Below, piece after piece: positions 44,579-52,376 of a stretch of 52,376 nt of DNA. The stretch lies in the IMG/VR virus record IMGVR_UViG_3300037486_000387, positions 1-52,376 of that record; one strand, written 5' to 3'. The notes beneath the pieces are model-generated. The model saw only the letters and a list, made by a program, of their open reading frames with translations. It was not told where the DNA came from and ran no database searches. Each line of letters starts with the position of its first letter. The stretch's first letter is position 1. This stretch comes from a virus (lineage: Duplodnaviria; Caudoviricetes). Made by a program: the position numbers and the translations under genes.

Positions 44579-45151
44579 CTAGCTGAAATAACGTACTTGT
44601 GCTGCATTATAGCTAGGTGCTTGAATATTCATCGATGGCACACTTGCGAATGTGCCACGATAAATTTCAGGAATCTGGCTCATGCCCTGATAGTATTTAT
44701 CAGCCGCAAAAGAACGTTCAATTTGACCAGGGATATTAGCAAGCGTTTGGAACTCTAACATTCGCTTGGCTTGCTCTTTAGCCATTTCTTTACCCATCTC
44801 AAGCTGTTCACGCATGCCTGCAGGGCTTTGATTGTAGATCTGTTGATCCAGCGACCGCTGAAGAGCACCGTAAACTTTATCCATTCCTTGTTGTTCAGGC
44901 GTAGGCGGGGGTGCAGCTTTAGCCATTGCACTCTCAATCTGTGCTTCAGTACGCCCTTGTCTCCTTAAAGTATCTTGGTATTCCAATACGCTTTGTGGAG
45001 TCCTGTTCCAGGCACTTGGAGGAGCAGCTGCAGGTGGCTTCAGTAATGATTGAAAGTCTCCTCCTTTAAATCCGACATTAGGAGCAGTGTTCCAATCAAA
45101 AGTAACTGGGTTATTTAAAAGGTTGTTAAAACCATATCCTTGGTCAGCCAT
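44579..45151 (-). CDS. putative virion protein
   Basis: 190-aa Q-rich ORF. Confidence 0.65.
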   Translation of the reverse strand: MADQGYGFNNLLNNPVTFDWNTAPNVGFKGGDFQSLLKPPAAAPPSAWNRTPQSVLEYQDTLRRQGRTEAQIESAMAKAAPPPTPEQQGMDKVYGALQRSLDQQIYNQSPAGMREQLEMGKEMAKEQAKRMLEFQTLANIPGQIERSFAADKYYQGMSQIPEIYRGTFASVPSMNIQAPSYNAAQVRYFS

Positions 45152-45153
45152 GA

Positions 45154-46047
45154 TTACCTCAACACTGCGTTGGCATAAGGGTTAGCCGTAAGCATGGTAC
45201 GAATAGTTGCACCAGTTTCAGACTGACCGCCAGTGGCAAGCTGACCAGCAGTACCAAGGACACTCAAGTTACCAAGTTGTTGACCTTGGCTTGCAAGAAG
45301 AGATTGCTGACGAATAAGGTCTGCATTCTTCATTTGATTTATAAGAGGCAGATTTCGCTTTAAATCATAATGCTGAAGATCGGACGCATATTTCTGAAGA
45401 TCACGAATTGCACTGGTTTGAACGCCAAGGTTGTTACGGTACTGTGTAGCACCTAACTCACCCATAGCTTGTTGTGCTGCAAGTTGAGAAGCAAAATCTC
45501 CTTCTTTACCTTTGGTTGGAATCTTGGTAACAGCTTGGCGACCATACTCAGCAGCTTGTGCGCCTTGCCCTGCACCAATTTGGGCACCAAGGAAAGGTAA
45601 AGCGACTTGAGCAGCTTTTCCAATTAAGCCAAAACGACCAGTACTAGGGATAAGGCGAGCTGCACCAGCGGCTGCTACACCGCCAATTCCGGCCCCAAGT
45701 AGGGCACCACCGGCACCAACGGTACGTCCTTCACCAAGCTCAGACAATGCTGTGGTAACACCAGGGATAAGTCCAGCTCCTAAGCCAAGGCGCCCCGTTG
45801 GAATCTCTGCAAGGCCACCCTTAGCCTGCCTCATATACCCCATCATGTCTTCTAAGGTTCTGCCTGCAAACTGCTTGGCTTGTTGAGCTGCGGGAATAGC
45901 AGGACCCTTCGGAGCAATGGTAGTGGCACCACGCCCTTGCAAAACTTCTGCAGGAACGGTTCCAGCGGCGGCCTGTTGTTGGATATTTTGATAATAAGCA
46001 CGTGGGTCAAGACCAGCCTGCATCTTTGCAATTTCGTCTGGAGTCAT
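45154..46047 (-). CDS. Gly/Ala-rich putative ejection protein
   Basis: 297 aa with glycine-zipper-like hydrophobic segments. Confidence 0.7.
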   Translation of the reverse strand: MTPDEIAKMQAGLDPRAYYQNIQQQAAAGTVPAEVLQGRGATTIAPKGPAIPAAQQAKQFAGRTLEDMMGYMRQAKGGLAEIPTGRLGLGAGLIPGVTTALSELGEGRTVGAGGALLGAGIGGVAAAGAARLIPSTGRFGLIGKAAQVALPFLGAQIGAGQGAQAAEYGRQAVTKIPTKGKEGDFASQLAAQQAMGELGATQYRNNLGVQTSAIRDLQKYASDLQHYDLKRNLPLINQMKNADLIRQQSLLASQGQQLGNLSVLGTAGQLATGGQSETGATIRTMLTANPYANAVLR

Positions 46048-46070
46048 TATTAACGCAGTTATCTTGTTAG

Positions 46071-47030
46071 TTAAATTCTATCAGCACTTATATTTTGATA
46101 CTCATTAACCGTAGGGAACTTTGGACGATTTGCTGCTGCAATTTGTTCATTAACTGCATTACCGGCTGCAACACCTGTTAACGACCCAAGTAAACCACCA
46201 GCCAAACCACGGGCAGCACGTGCCAAGGGTGTCTTGCCACCAGGGATCCCTAAGCGCTGGCTACCTTTACCTGCAAGTACAGCACCAGTTGTTCCAGTAG
46301 CAAAACCTGCGACCATTGGAATGTTTACAGGGAAGCCTAACATTCGAAGCTCTGGTACACCTTGAAGATTTTCAGTTGTTCCTTTGAGAACACCAAGACC
46401 TAGTAAGCCTCTATCGTTGTAAGTGTAATCTAAATAATTACCGTATCGTTGTGGCGTCAAACTAGGAATATCTCTTTTAGCTGTTTCGTACTTAAGCGGC
46501 TCACCTGTACGCCCCAAGAAGAAACGTTCGAACATCTCTTGAACTGGTTGTTGAGATGTTCTTCGATCATCCGTACCAAGTGCTGAATAGGTTTGTGCAA
46601 ATCCCTTAGGACGGAATTGCTCTTCTGGGTTAGTAATATCATATGTGCCAGCGGCTGCAACAGCTGGTACTGCAATCCCAAGAGCTATTGCCGCACGTGC
46701 CGTAGGTGATCCAACCCAATCTCGATTAACTCCTGATTCAAGCCCACGTTGCGCAATTGCTAACGGATGGTTATAGCGCCACCAGTACGTACGAGTACCG
46801 TCGTTTGCAGCATCAACCATCATGCGAGATGCATAAGCACCTAAGAATTTAGCTGGGTTTTCACGAGCGTAAATCCCTGCTTCTGCAACTTTAGTTTTAA
46901 AGCGAGGATCTAAAACACTTTGACCATACCCCATGCCATCATTAATCATCTTCTGCTGAATACGATCAGCAGTTTTAAAACCTTCTTGAAGGTCTTGTGC
47001 AACTTGTTTAATTGGCTGAAAAAGATTCAT
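46071..47030 (-). CDS. putative virion protein with hydrophobic segments
   Basis: 319-aa ORF. Confidence 0.7.
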   Translation of the reverse strand: MNLFQPIKQVAQDLQEGFKTADRIQQKMINDGMGYGQSVLDPRFKTKVAEAGIYARENPAKFLGAYASRMMVDAANDGTRTYWWRYNHPLAIAQRGLESGVNRDWVGSPTARAAIALGIAVPAVAAAGTYDITNPEEQFRPKGFAQTYSALGTDDRRTSQQPVQEMFERFFLGRTGEPLKYETAKRDIPSLTPQRYGNYLDYTYNDRGLLGLGVLKGTTENLQGVPELRMLGFPVNIPMVAGFATGTTGAVLAGKGSQRLGIPGGKTPLARAARGLAGGLLGSLTGVAAGNAVNEQIAAANRPKFPTVNEYQNISADRI

Positions 47031-47620
47031 AGCGTTTGTCCCTGCCTTGCATAAGAACGCAAGTCATTTAGGTATTGTTCATACTCAGGCATCAACTCAG
47101 ACATGTACTGCTGAGGTTTTGTAAAGTTTTGTAAAAACTGTTGTTCGAGACCCTGCATTTGGAACTGTGTTCCAGGGGAAACTAATTGTGGTTCCTGTAG
47201 ACCATTAATAGCAGCACGTTGTTCCATTTCTTGAGCAACCTGTTGTTGCTGAAGAATATTGCTTTGAGTAGTTTCTGGGTACAAAGCTCTACCAGCTACT
47301 GCATCTGCAACAAGAGGAGAAACAACAGATGCCCCTAAGTTTGCAGTCATCTCCAAACCACCTTGTAGTGTCTTTGGGGAAATTCCCATTACAGGTTTGG
47401 TGATTTTTGAACCAAGCTTACGAGCAATTAACGTAGCTGGGTAAGCTGTTAAAAAATCAGCTGCTCCGTATGCGGCGGCAGCTTTTGGTCCACCTCCCAG
47501 TAAACCAAACCCTGCGGTTAACGCACTGCCGGTAGCAACGTTCCCGACAATGTCTTTATTTTTTCCAGCGTATTGAGCAAGACGCTGAAGAAGACCTGTG
47601 GGAATCGGCATCTTATGCAA
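47027..47620 (-). CDS. putative virion protein
   Basis: 197-aa ORF; hydrophobic N-half, Q-rich C-half. Confidence 0.65.
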   Translation of the reverse strand: MHKMPIPTGLLQRLAQYAGKNKDIVGNVATGSALTAGFGLLGGGPKAAAAYGAADFLTAYPATLIARKLGSKITKPVMGISPKTLQGGLEMTANLGASVVSPLVADAVAGRALYPETTQSNILQQQQVAQEMEQRAAINGLQEPQLVSPGTQFQMQGLEQQFLQNFTKPQQYMSELMPEYEQYLNDLRSYARQGQTL

Positions 47621-47646
47621 CCTTTATCTATTTATTTTATCCGTAC

Positions 47647-48309
47647 CTAAGTCAGAGTTTTACCTGGGGAAGTATTAGTTTCTGTTTCATTGGCATTGGC
47701 TGCTTGTTCTCCTTGTTTTTCTTCTTCTTTAAGTTGTTGCACTTTAATCAATCCTTCACGATCAAGTAACTGAGAAATAGAAGGTTTGTCCTCAACTTCA
47801 TTCTCTGCTTGTTTCTCAGCCATTGCCATAAGATATCCTTGAGGATCTGGGTTTCTGAGTCGTGGCATTGGATTTTTAGCCATCTTTGCCGGATTCAAAG
47901 TCGGACTAATTTTGTAGGCTTCCATCCATTGCGGATTAAAATCAGGTTGCTCTTGTGGACGTTGCATCGTTTTGCCACGGCCTTCAGCAAAATCATAATC
48001 TTGAGGTCTGTTAAAACGCCCAACCCCATCAAACATTTCATACTCAGGCGTTACACCATTTTTATTACCATCAAAGAAAGGTGCATTACCAACAAAATTT
48101 AAGGCTGGATTCAATGTCTCTTTACGAGTCATCATCCGCCTTGTCAAATCACGTTCACTAAATCTTGATGGGTTCCAGGGGTACTCCCCTGTTGCAGGTT
48201 TAGATGCAAACAAATCATGGAAGTCAAGTTTTTTACTTACTTGCCCTTGCCTGTTAAAAGGATTTGATACGTAACGACCAAGATCTAGGCGTGCGTCTTT
48301 TGCCATCAA
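47647..48309 (-). CDS. hypothetical protein
   Basis: 220-aa ORF. Confidence 0.7.
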   Translation of the reverse strand: MMAKDARLDLGRYVSNPFNRQGQVSKKLDFHDLFASKPATGEYPWNPSRFSERDLTRRMMTRKETLNPALNFVGNAPFFDGNKNGVTPEYEMFDGVGRFNRPQDYDFAEGRGKTMQRPQEQPDFNPQWMEAYKISPTLNPAKMAKNPMPRLRNPDPQGYLMAMAEKQAENEVEDKPSISQLLDREGLIKVQQLKEEEKQGEQAANANETETNTSPGKTLT

Positions 48310-48542
48310 TCCTCAGTTTTCTTGGTTTTTTTCTTGTTGTGTAATCCTACCAAGGTCTTGCGGAGGTTGGCTTGTTTTTGAGTAGTTTCATCGTATTTAT
48401 CTGGGCTGCTCAAAACATTTTCCTGTAGTTGAGCAGTGGTAATACCCTTACGTTTAGCCTTAGCTGTGAAGGCACCTTCCTTCATATCAGAAGATTGAAT
48501 CCACTTGCTTGGCTTATCTTCTTTGTTTTTCTTTTTAGACAT
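48306..48542 (-). CDS. small basic phage protein
   Basis: KWIQSSDMKEGAFTAKAK…KQANLRKTL. Confidence 0.65.
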   Translation of the reverse strand: MSKKKNKEDKPSKWIQSSDMKEGAFTAKAKRKGITTAQLQENVLSSPDKYDETTQKQANLRKTLVGLHNKKKTKKTED

Positions 48543-48544
48543 GA

Positions 48545-51220
48545 TTAGCGATTACGACGTTTGCCTGCACGACGACCTGCTTGCGCCAGTAGACCTGTCA
48601 TCGCTGTCTCTATGTTACCAGCTAAGGACGCTGCTTCTTGCTGAGGAGCAAGATGCGGAAATTGAGCTTGCCAGTTTTTATTTTCAACATTCTGCATTGC
48701 GGAACGCATTTGTTGTAATTCGGCTCCAGTACCAGTTGTTGCTGCTGACATCGGTTGTTGCCCAAGACCTGGGCGACGTGCGCTACCTAGTTCAACAGAC
48801 CGAAAACCTGAATAAGGTAAATCACCTTCATCAAGTACTGAACCTCTTACGTCACGATTTTGTTGAAGCATATCTTCGTCTTCTGCAGCAACACCAGTTA
48901 ACGTACCCTTTGGTGCTTCTTGGATATTTAAGGTGGGCACACCAGTTGCTTGTCGAGGACGTGTAACACTTGAGAAACCACTCTGCCCAGCTTTTCTGGT
49001 ACCAAGAGCTGGTAATTGATTAACATCTAAAAATGTTTCGATTTGATTGGCGGCAATAGGATAAATTTCCCCAAGACTGCCCATTGTTCCGTACATGACA
49101 CGAGCTGGACGGCTACTCGGGCGACCACGCACATTTTCAATAAAGTTGAAGGCAGTATTAGAAGACAGTACGGGAAGTTTAATGTTTTGAGTATTGATCA
49201 AGTGCTGATTTAACCTATCCGCTAATATGTTGTAGTCGGCATTTAAACCAGCTTTATGTAGCTCACCTTCTAAGCGATCTAGTGTCCCATTAAGTGTTGC
49301 ACGTGAAATTTGTGCAGATCCACTGACTTCTTGATTCGTTGTTGCATCAAAAACTTGAAGAGGTGCATACGTAATGTGATCTTCAATTTGAACTAAAGGA
49401 GCAGAAAAACTCTTGCCTGTGCTCCTAGCAACACGTTGAACATTACGTTGACGTGTATTACCTTGTACATCTGCTTCAAGCACGGGCGTAACACGACGCA
49501 CTGACATGGGTTGCGTTAAAACTGAATGTCGTTGCTGTGCAGCGGAAACTTTTAAAACGTTTCCCTCTCCATCCAAGAGTGGTCCAAGTGAATTCAATTC
49601 GTCTAATGTTTCAACTGGAATGGCTGAACCGCTTTGATCGAATCCAACAACTTTAATTGGAAATTTATTTTTAGGATCAGAATCTATTTGGAATTTAAGA
49701 GGTGCCAAAGTGTCACTTAAAGCTTCTTCCACTGCCCCACCAACAAGTTTGCCACGTTGCGATCCAGGACCGCCCTTGGGAGTAATACCAGTTTCCCCTG
49801 GCTCAAAATAAGTACCTTCCGTCAGGTTGGGAATATATTTAGATTCTTCATAAGGACCAACATGTTTTTGGTGTAACTGTACCAAGGCACGCCCTGTGCG
49901 TTGATAGTCTTGTGCAACAACTTTATTTGTAAGCGTTGGATTGGTTTTGTAATCTAAATAAGCTCTACCTTTGTTCACTTGAAAAGGAACATCTAATACA
50001 ACGTTTTCACCTTTTTCAATTTGGCTAACAACCTCTGAGGGAAGAGTATACCTATAAAGAGTGCGACTTAAACCTTGCCCCTCACTACCTTTTTCAATAT
50101 TTACAGGAATGTCTAAATCTTGAAAATCAACACGTCGTTCGGCGCGGGCAGGCATAACAATGTCGCTATAGTCACCTTCGTTAGTTGCCATGCGCCTAAC
50201 GTTTTCCCGAACGTGACTATCCCATTCTCCTCGCAAATCTTGAATTGCTTTATCGTATTGCTCACTCAATTTAAAAGAAGCAGGCGAAGTACTGGCACCT
50301 TGTGTCAAGCCAGTGACTTGTTCACTAATTGGGTCGTAAGATTCAGTATCTACATTGTTTAATGTTTCCGAAACCGCTGTTTGCTTTTTAGCAAAAGCAG
50401 ACATACGTACATCACCCTCGGGATTAACTAACTCACCATCAATGAGCTGCATTTGGCTGTTAACTTTTGCGTTACGTACTCCTAACGCTTTCAAGTATTC
50501 GTAATGCCCAATGGTTTTAGAGTTTACATTCGGATTCAATAATGCTTTATCACCCGTGCTTGCATATGCCTGCATACGAGCATTGATTTCAAACTCAGGG
50601 AGTTGTGCAGCTTGTAAATCTTTATAGGTATAAGTCGCATCTAGATCAATAGCTGGTTCTTCCTTAACTTGTTTGGTTAAAAATTCTTGAGCTGAAATTT
50701 TTTGGGTATTGACTTGATCGCTAACAGGCAGACGGCCTGTAGTAGCATCTGTATCTCGTTGAACCTCGCGTAATTGGCGACCAGTAAACTGATCTTCCCC
50801 AGATTCAAATGCGCTTCGCTGTTGTTGTGCAACTTCTTTACTTGGAGGCGGATTTAAATTACGTTGTAAATTTCCAACAGCTCCATAGTTGGCAATATCT
50901 GGCGCAACTTGTGCTCTAGCAGTTGTCTCTGGAGTTACCCCAGTACCTGAAGGCGGATCAAAAACGGTTATACGGCCACGACCAGCAAGTCCTCTACGCA
51001 AACCATAGGCTCCTGCTCCAACTCCTGCCGCTAATGCACCAACGCCAAGTAAATCACCTACATCAAAGCCATCATTTTTTTCTTGACGTGGAGCCCTGAG
51101 TTGATTACGACGGAACTCAAGTACTTCTGGCACCATCCGTGCCTGTTCCTCCGGATCTTGCGGTACAGGGGCACCAGTAGCACGGCTGTAGGCGTAAAAA
51201 TCAGCTTGAGAGAGCGCCAT
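48545..51220 (-). CDS. large putative internal virion protein
   Basis: 891-aa ORF, first gene of the minus-strand run; one hydrophobic segment near the N-terminus. Confidence 0.75.
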   Translation of the reverse strand: MALSQADFYAYSRATGAPVPQDPEEQARMVPEVLEFRRNQLRAPRQEKNDGFDVGDLLGVGALAAGVGAGAYGLRRGLAGRGRITVFDPPSGTGVTPETTARAQVAPDIANYGAVGNLQRNLNPPPSKEVAQQQRSAFESGEDQFTGRQLREVQRDTDATTGRLPVSDQVNTQKISAQEFLTKQVKEEPAIDLDATYTYKDLQAAQLPEFEINARMQAYASTGDKALLNPNVNSKTIGHYEYLKALGVRNAKVNSQMQLIDGELVNPEGDVRMSAFAKKQTAVSETLNNVDTESYDPISEQVTGLTQGASTSPASFKLSEQYDKAIQDLRGEWDSHVRENVRRMATNEGDYSDIVMPARAERRVDFQDLDIPVNIEKGSEGQGLSRTLYRYTLPSEVVSQIEKGENVVLDVPFQVNKGRAYLDYKTNPTLTNKVVAQDYQRTGRALVQLHQKHVGPYEESKYIPNLTEGTYFEPGETGITPKGGPGSQRGKLVGGAVEEALSDTLAPLKFQIDSDPKNKFPIKVVGFDQSGSAIPVETLDELNSLGPLLDGEGNVLKVSAAQQRHSVLTQPMSVRRVTPVLEADVQGNTRQRNVQRVARSTGKSFSAPLVQIEDHITYAPLQVFDATTNQEVSGSAQISRATLNGTLDRLEGELHKAGLNADYNILADRLNQHLINTQNIKLPVLSSNTAFNFIENVRGRPSSRPARVMYGTMGSLGEIYPIAANQIETFLDVNQLPALGTRKAGQSGFSSVTRPRQATGVPTLNIQEAPKGTLTGVAAEDEDMLQQNRDVRGSVLDEGDLPYSGFRSVELGSARRPGLGQQPMSAATTGTGAELQQMRSAMQNVENKNWQAQFPHLAPQQEAASLAGNIETAMTGLLAQAGRRAGKRRNR

Positions 51221-51322
51221 ATGTAGTTATTACAACTAACTTTTACCTTCACACATTCTATTGTTTCTTCATCCAGGGAGTAGGGACGGTATATTAAGTA
51301 AAGAAGTTCAGTTCACACCAGG

Positions 51323-51535
51323 ATGGACGCGGGAACACGTCAAAAACGAGTAGAAGCTCTAGAAGCAATTAAAGATAGGGCTATGAGCATGGCTACTAAG
51401 GGCCATGACTCCCTTGATGTGCGTGGTTTTGTTAAAGATGCCAAGATGAGTTTGGCATACGAACTACCTGACAAAGAAGCATTCGAAAAAGCTAAGGCCG
51501 CAACATTGGCTTACAAAAGATCCAAGGGTGGATGA
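51323..51535 (+). CDS. hypothetical protein
   Basis: 70-aa ORF with its own downstream terminator. Confidence 0.65.
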   Translation: MDAGTRQKRVEALEAIKDRAMSMATKGHDSLDVRGFVKDAKMSLAYELPDKEAFEKAKAATLAYKRSKGG

Positions 51536-51559
51536 TATAAGCCAGTAAAATTAACAAAC

Positions 51560-51583
51560 GCCGGGTTTACCCCCGGCTTTTTT
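51560..51583 (+). terminator. Rho-independent terminator
   Basis: GCCGGG-loop-CCCGGC-TTTTTT. Confidence 0.8.
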
Positions 51584-51869
51584 GTGTAAATTCTTGGGCA
51601 AATTGGGGTAAGTACATACAGAAATGCAGTTTTACCTCGAAGTAGGGACCACAATTTTTAAAAATAAATCGATATTACCCCAAAAAAGGGTCGTATAAAT
51701 CCCATATAGGGTACAGATTTACCTGACGCTTCTTCAGATAGCTAACCGAAAGTGAATGTGGGGAGAAAAAAAGAATGGGGGGTATGACCCAGATCTTTTT
51801 TCCTCATATTAAGTGAGGTTAGGTGTCTGCTACCAGGGGAGATTAGCACCCTATCAACGGAGAAGGTTA

Positions 51870-52106
51870 ATGACTGATCGAGTTGAGAGGTTCGAGAGGG
51901 CGGCAGAGGTGCTTGCAGCTGGCCGTAAGGTTAGTGTGCCAGTTCATGAATTGCCACAAGGTAATGTCGCAGCTTGGTTAGCCGAGTTACGTGGATACGT
52001 TATCTTCGGTCACACAGATCCAGGGGATGAGTTCACTTACAAAGTTTACGTAACTGTTCGAAGCGGCAATGCAATTGCTGCGGCGAAGTTAGTTTACGTT
52101 GATTGA
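51870..52106 (+). CDS. hypothetical protein (possible early gene)
   Basis: GGAGAAGG RBS before ATG 51870. Confidence 0.6.
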   Translation: MTDRVERFERAAEVLAAGRKVSVPVHELPQGNVAAWLAELRGYVIFGHTDPGDEFTYKVYVTVRSGNAIAAAKLVYVD

Positions 52107-52131
52107 AGCTAAGTGAGTCATTATTACGCTT

Positions 52132-52147
52132 GATACGAATTCGTATC
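52132..52147. promoter_or_regulatory. perfect 16-bp palindrome GATACGAATTCGTATC (operator-like)
   Basis: Self-reverse-complementary and intergenic. Confidence 0.5.
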
Positions 52148-52220
52148 GCGCTCAATTTAGGGCTCCGCTCCGCCACGTGGGGTGCTTCAGATAGGACTGT
52201 AATTTATTGAGGTTATCATC

Positions 52221-52376
52221 ATGGACATTGATTCACTGCAACGTGCGCACTCTGTTGCACTCTGTGAACTACAGCAGAAACAGAATGCTGAACTGCTACG
52301 CATTAAGAAGTTAGTTAAGCATGAGCTATCAAAGTTATCTTTGGTTGCGACTTCACAAGGATTTGTGAATGCTGAA
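52221..52376 (+). CDS. hypothetical protein, truncated by the window end
   Basis: GAGGT RBS with ATG; frame open to the edge. Confidence 0.55.
   Translation, partial: MDIDSLQRAHSVALCELQQKQNAELLRIKKLVKHELSKLSLVATSQGFVNAE

Overview
This 52 kb window looks like part of a tailed dsDNA phage genome, most likely a cyanophage. Supporting evidence: an NblA-like phycobilisome-degradation gene, a Dps-like ferritin, a dCTP deaminase, and many -10-only promoter-like motifs. The layout recalls S-EIV1-like freshwater cyanophages, but this is from memory and unverified. Left part: Dps, HNH, a minus-strand cluster of structured non-coding RNAs (2529-3681), SAM methyltransferase, PD-(D/E)XK exonuclease, GIY-YIG homing endonuclease, primase-helicase, GT4 glycosyltransferase, C39-like peptidase, Thr/Gly-rich tail fibre with S74 chaperone, HTH proteins, a degenerate Dam-like methyltransferase, dcd, DUF3310, nblA and a lysozyme. 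Right part: a long minus-strand morphogenesis region with putative internal virion proteins, terminase large subunit, portal, scaffold, major capsid, and probable virion lysins. The most unusual element is the RNA cluster. It holds four tRNA-shaped RNAs, none with a canonical anticodon arm. Two of them share a five-arm layout with two T-loop-like hairpins. Pseudoknotted and multi-hairpin RNAs flank them behind one promoter-like motif. Other oddities: a 608-nt same-strand portal/scaffold overlap, a recurring AG[KR][YF] peptide motif, a tandem mini-gene family, and duplicated gene starts. All family calls come from manual motif recognition; no database search was run.
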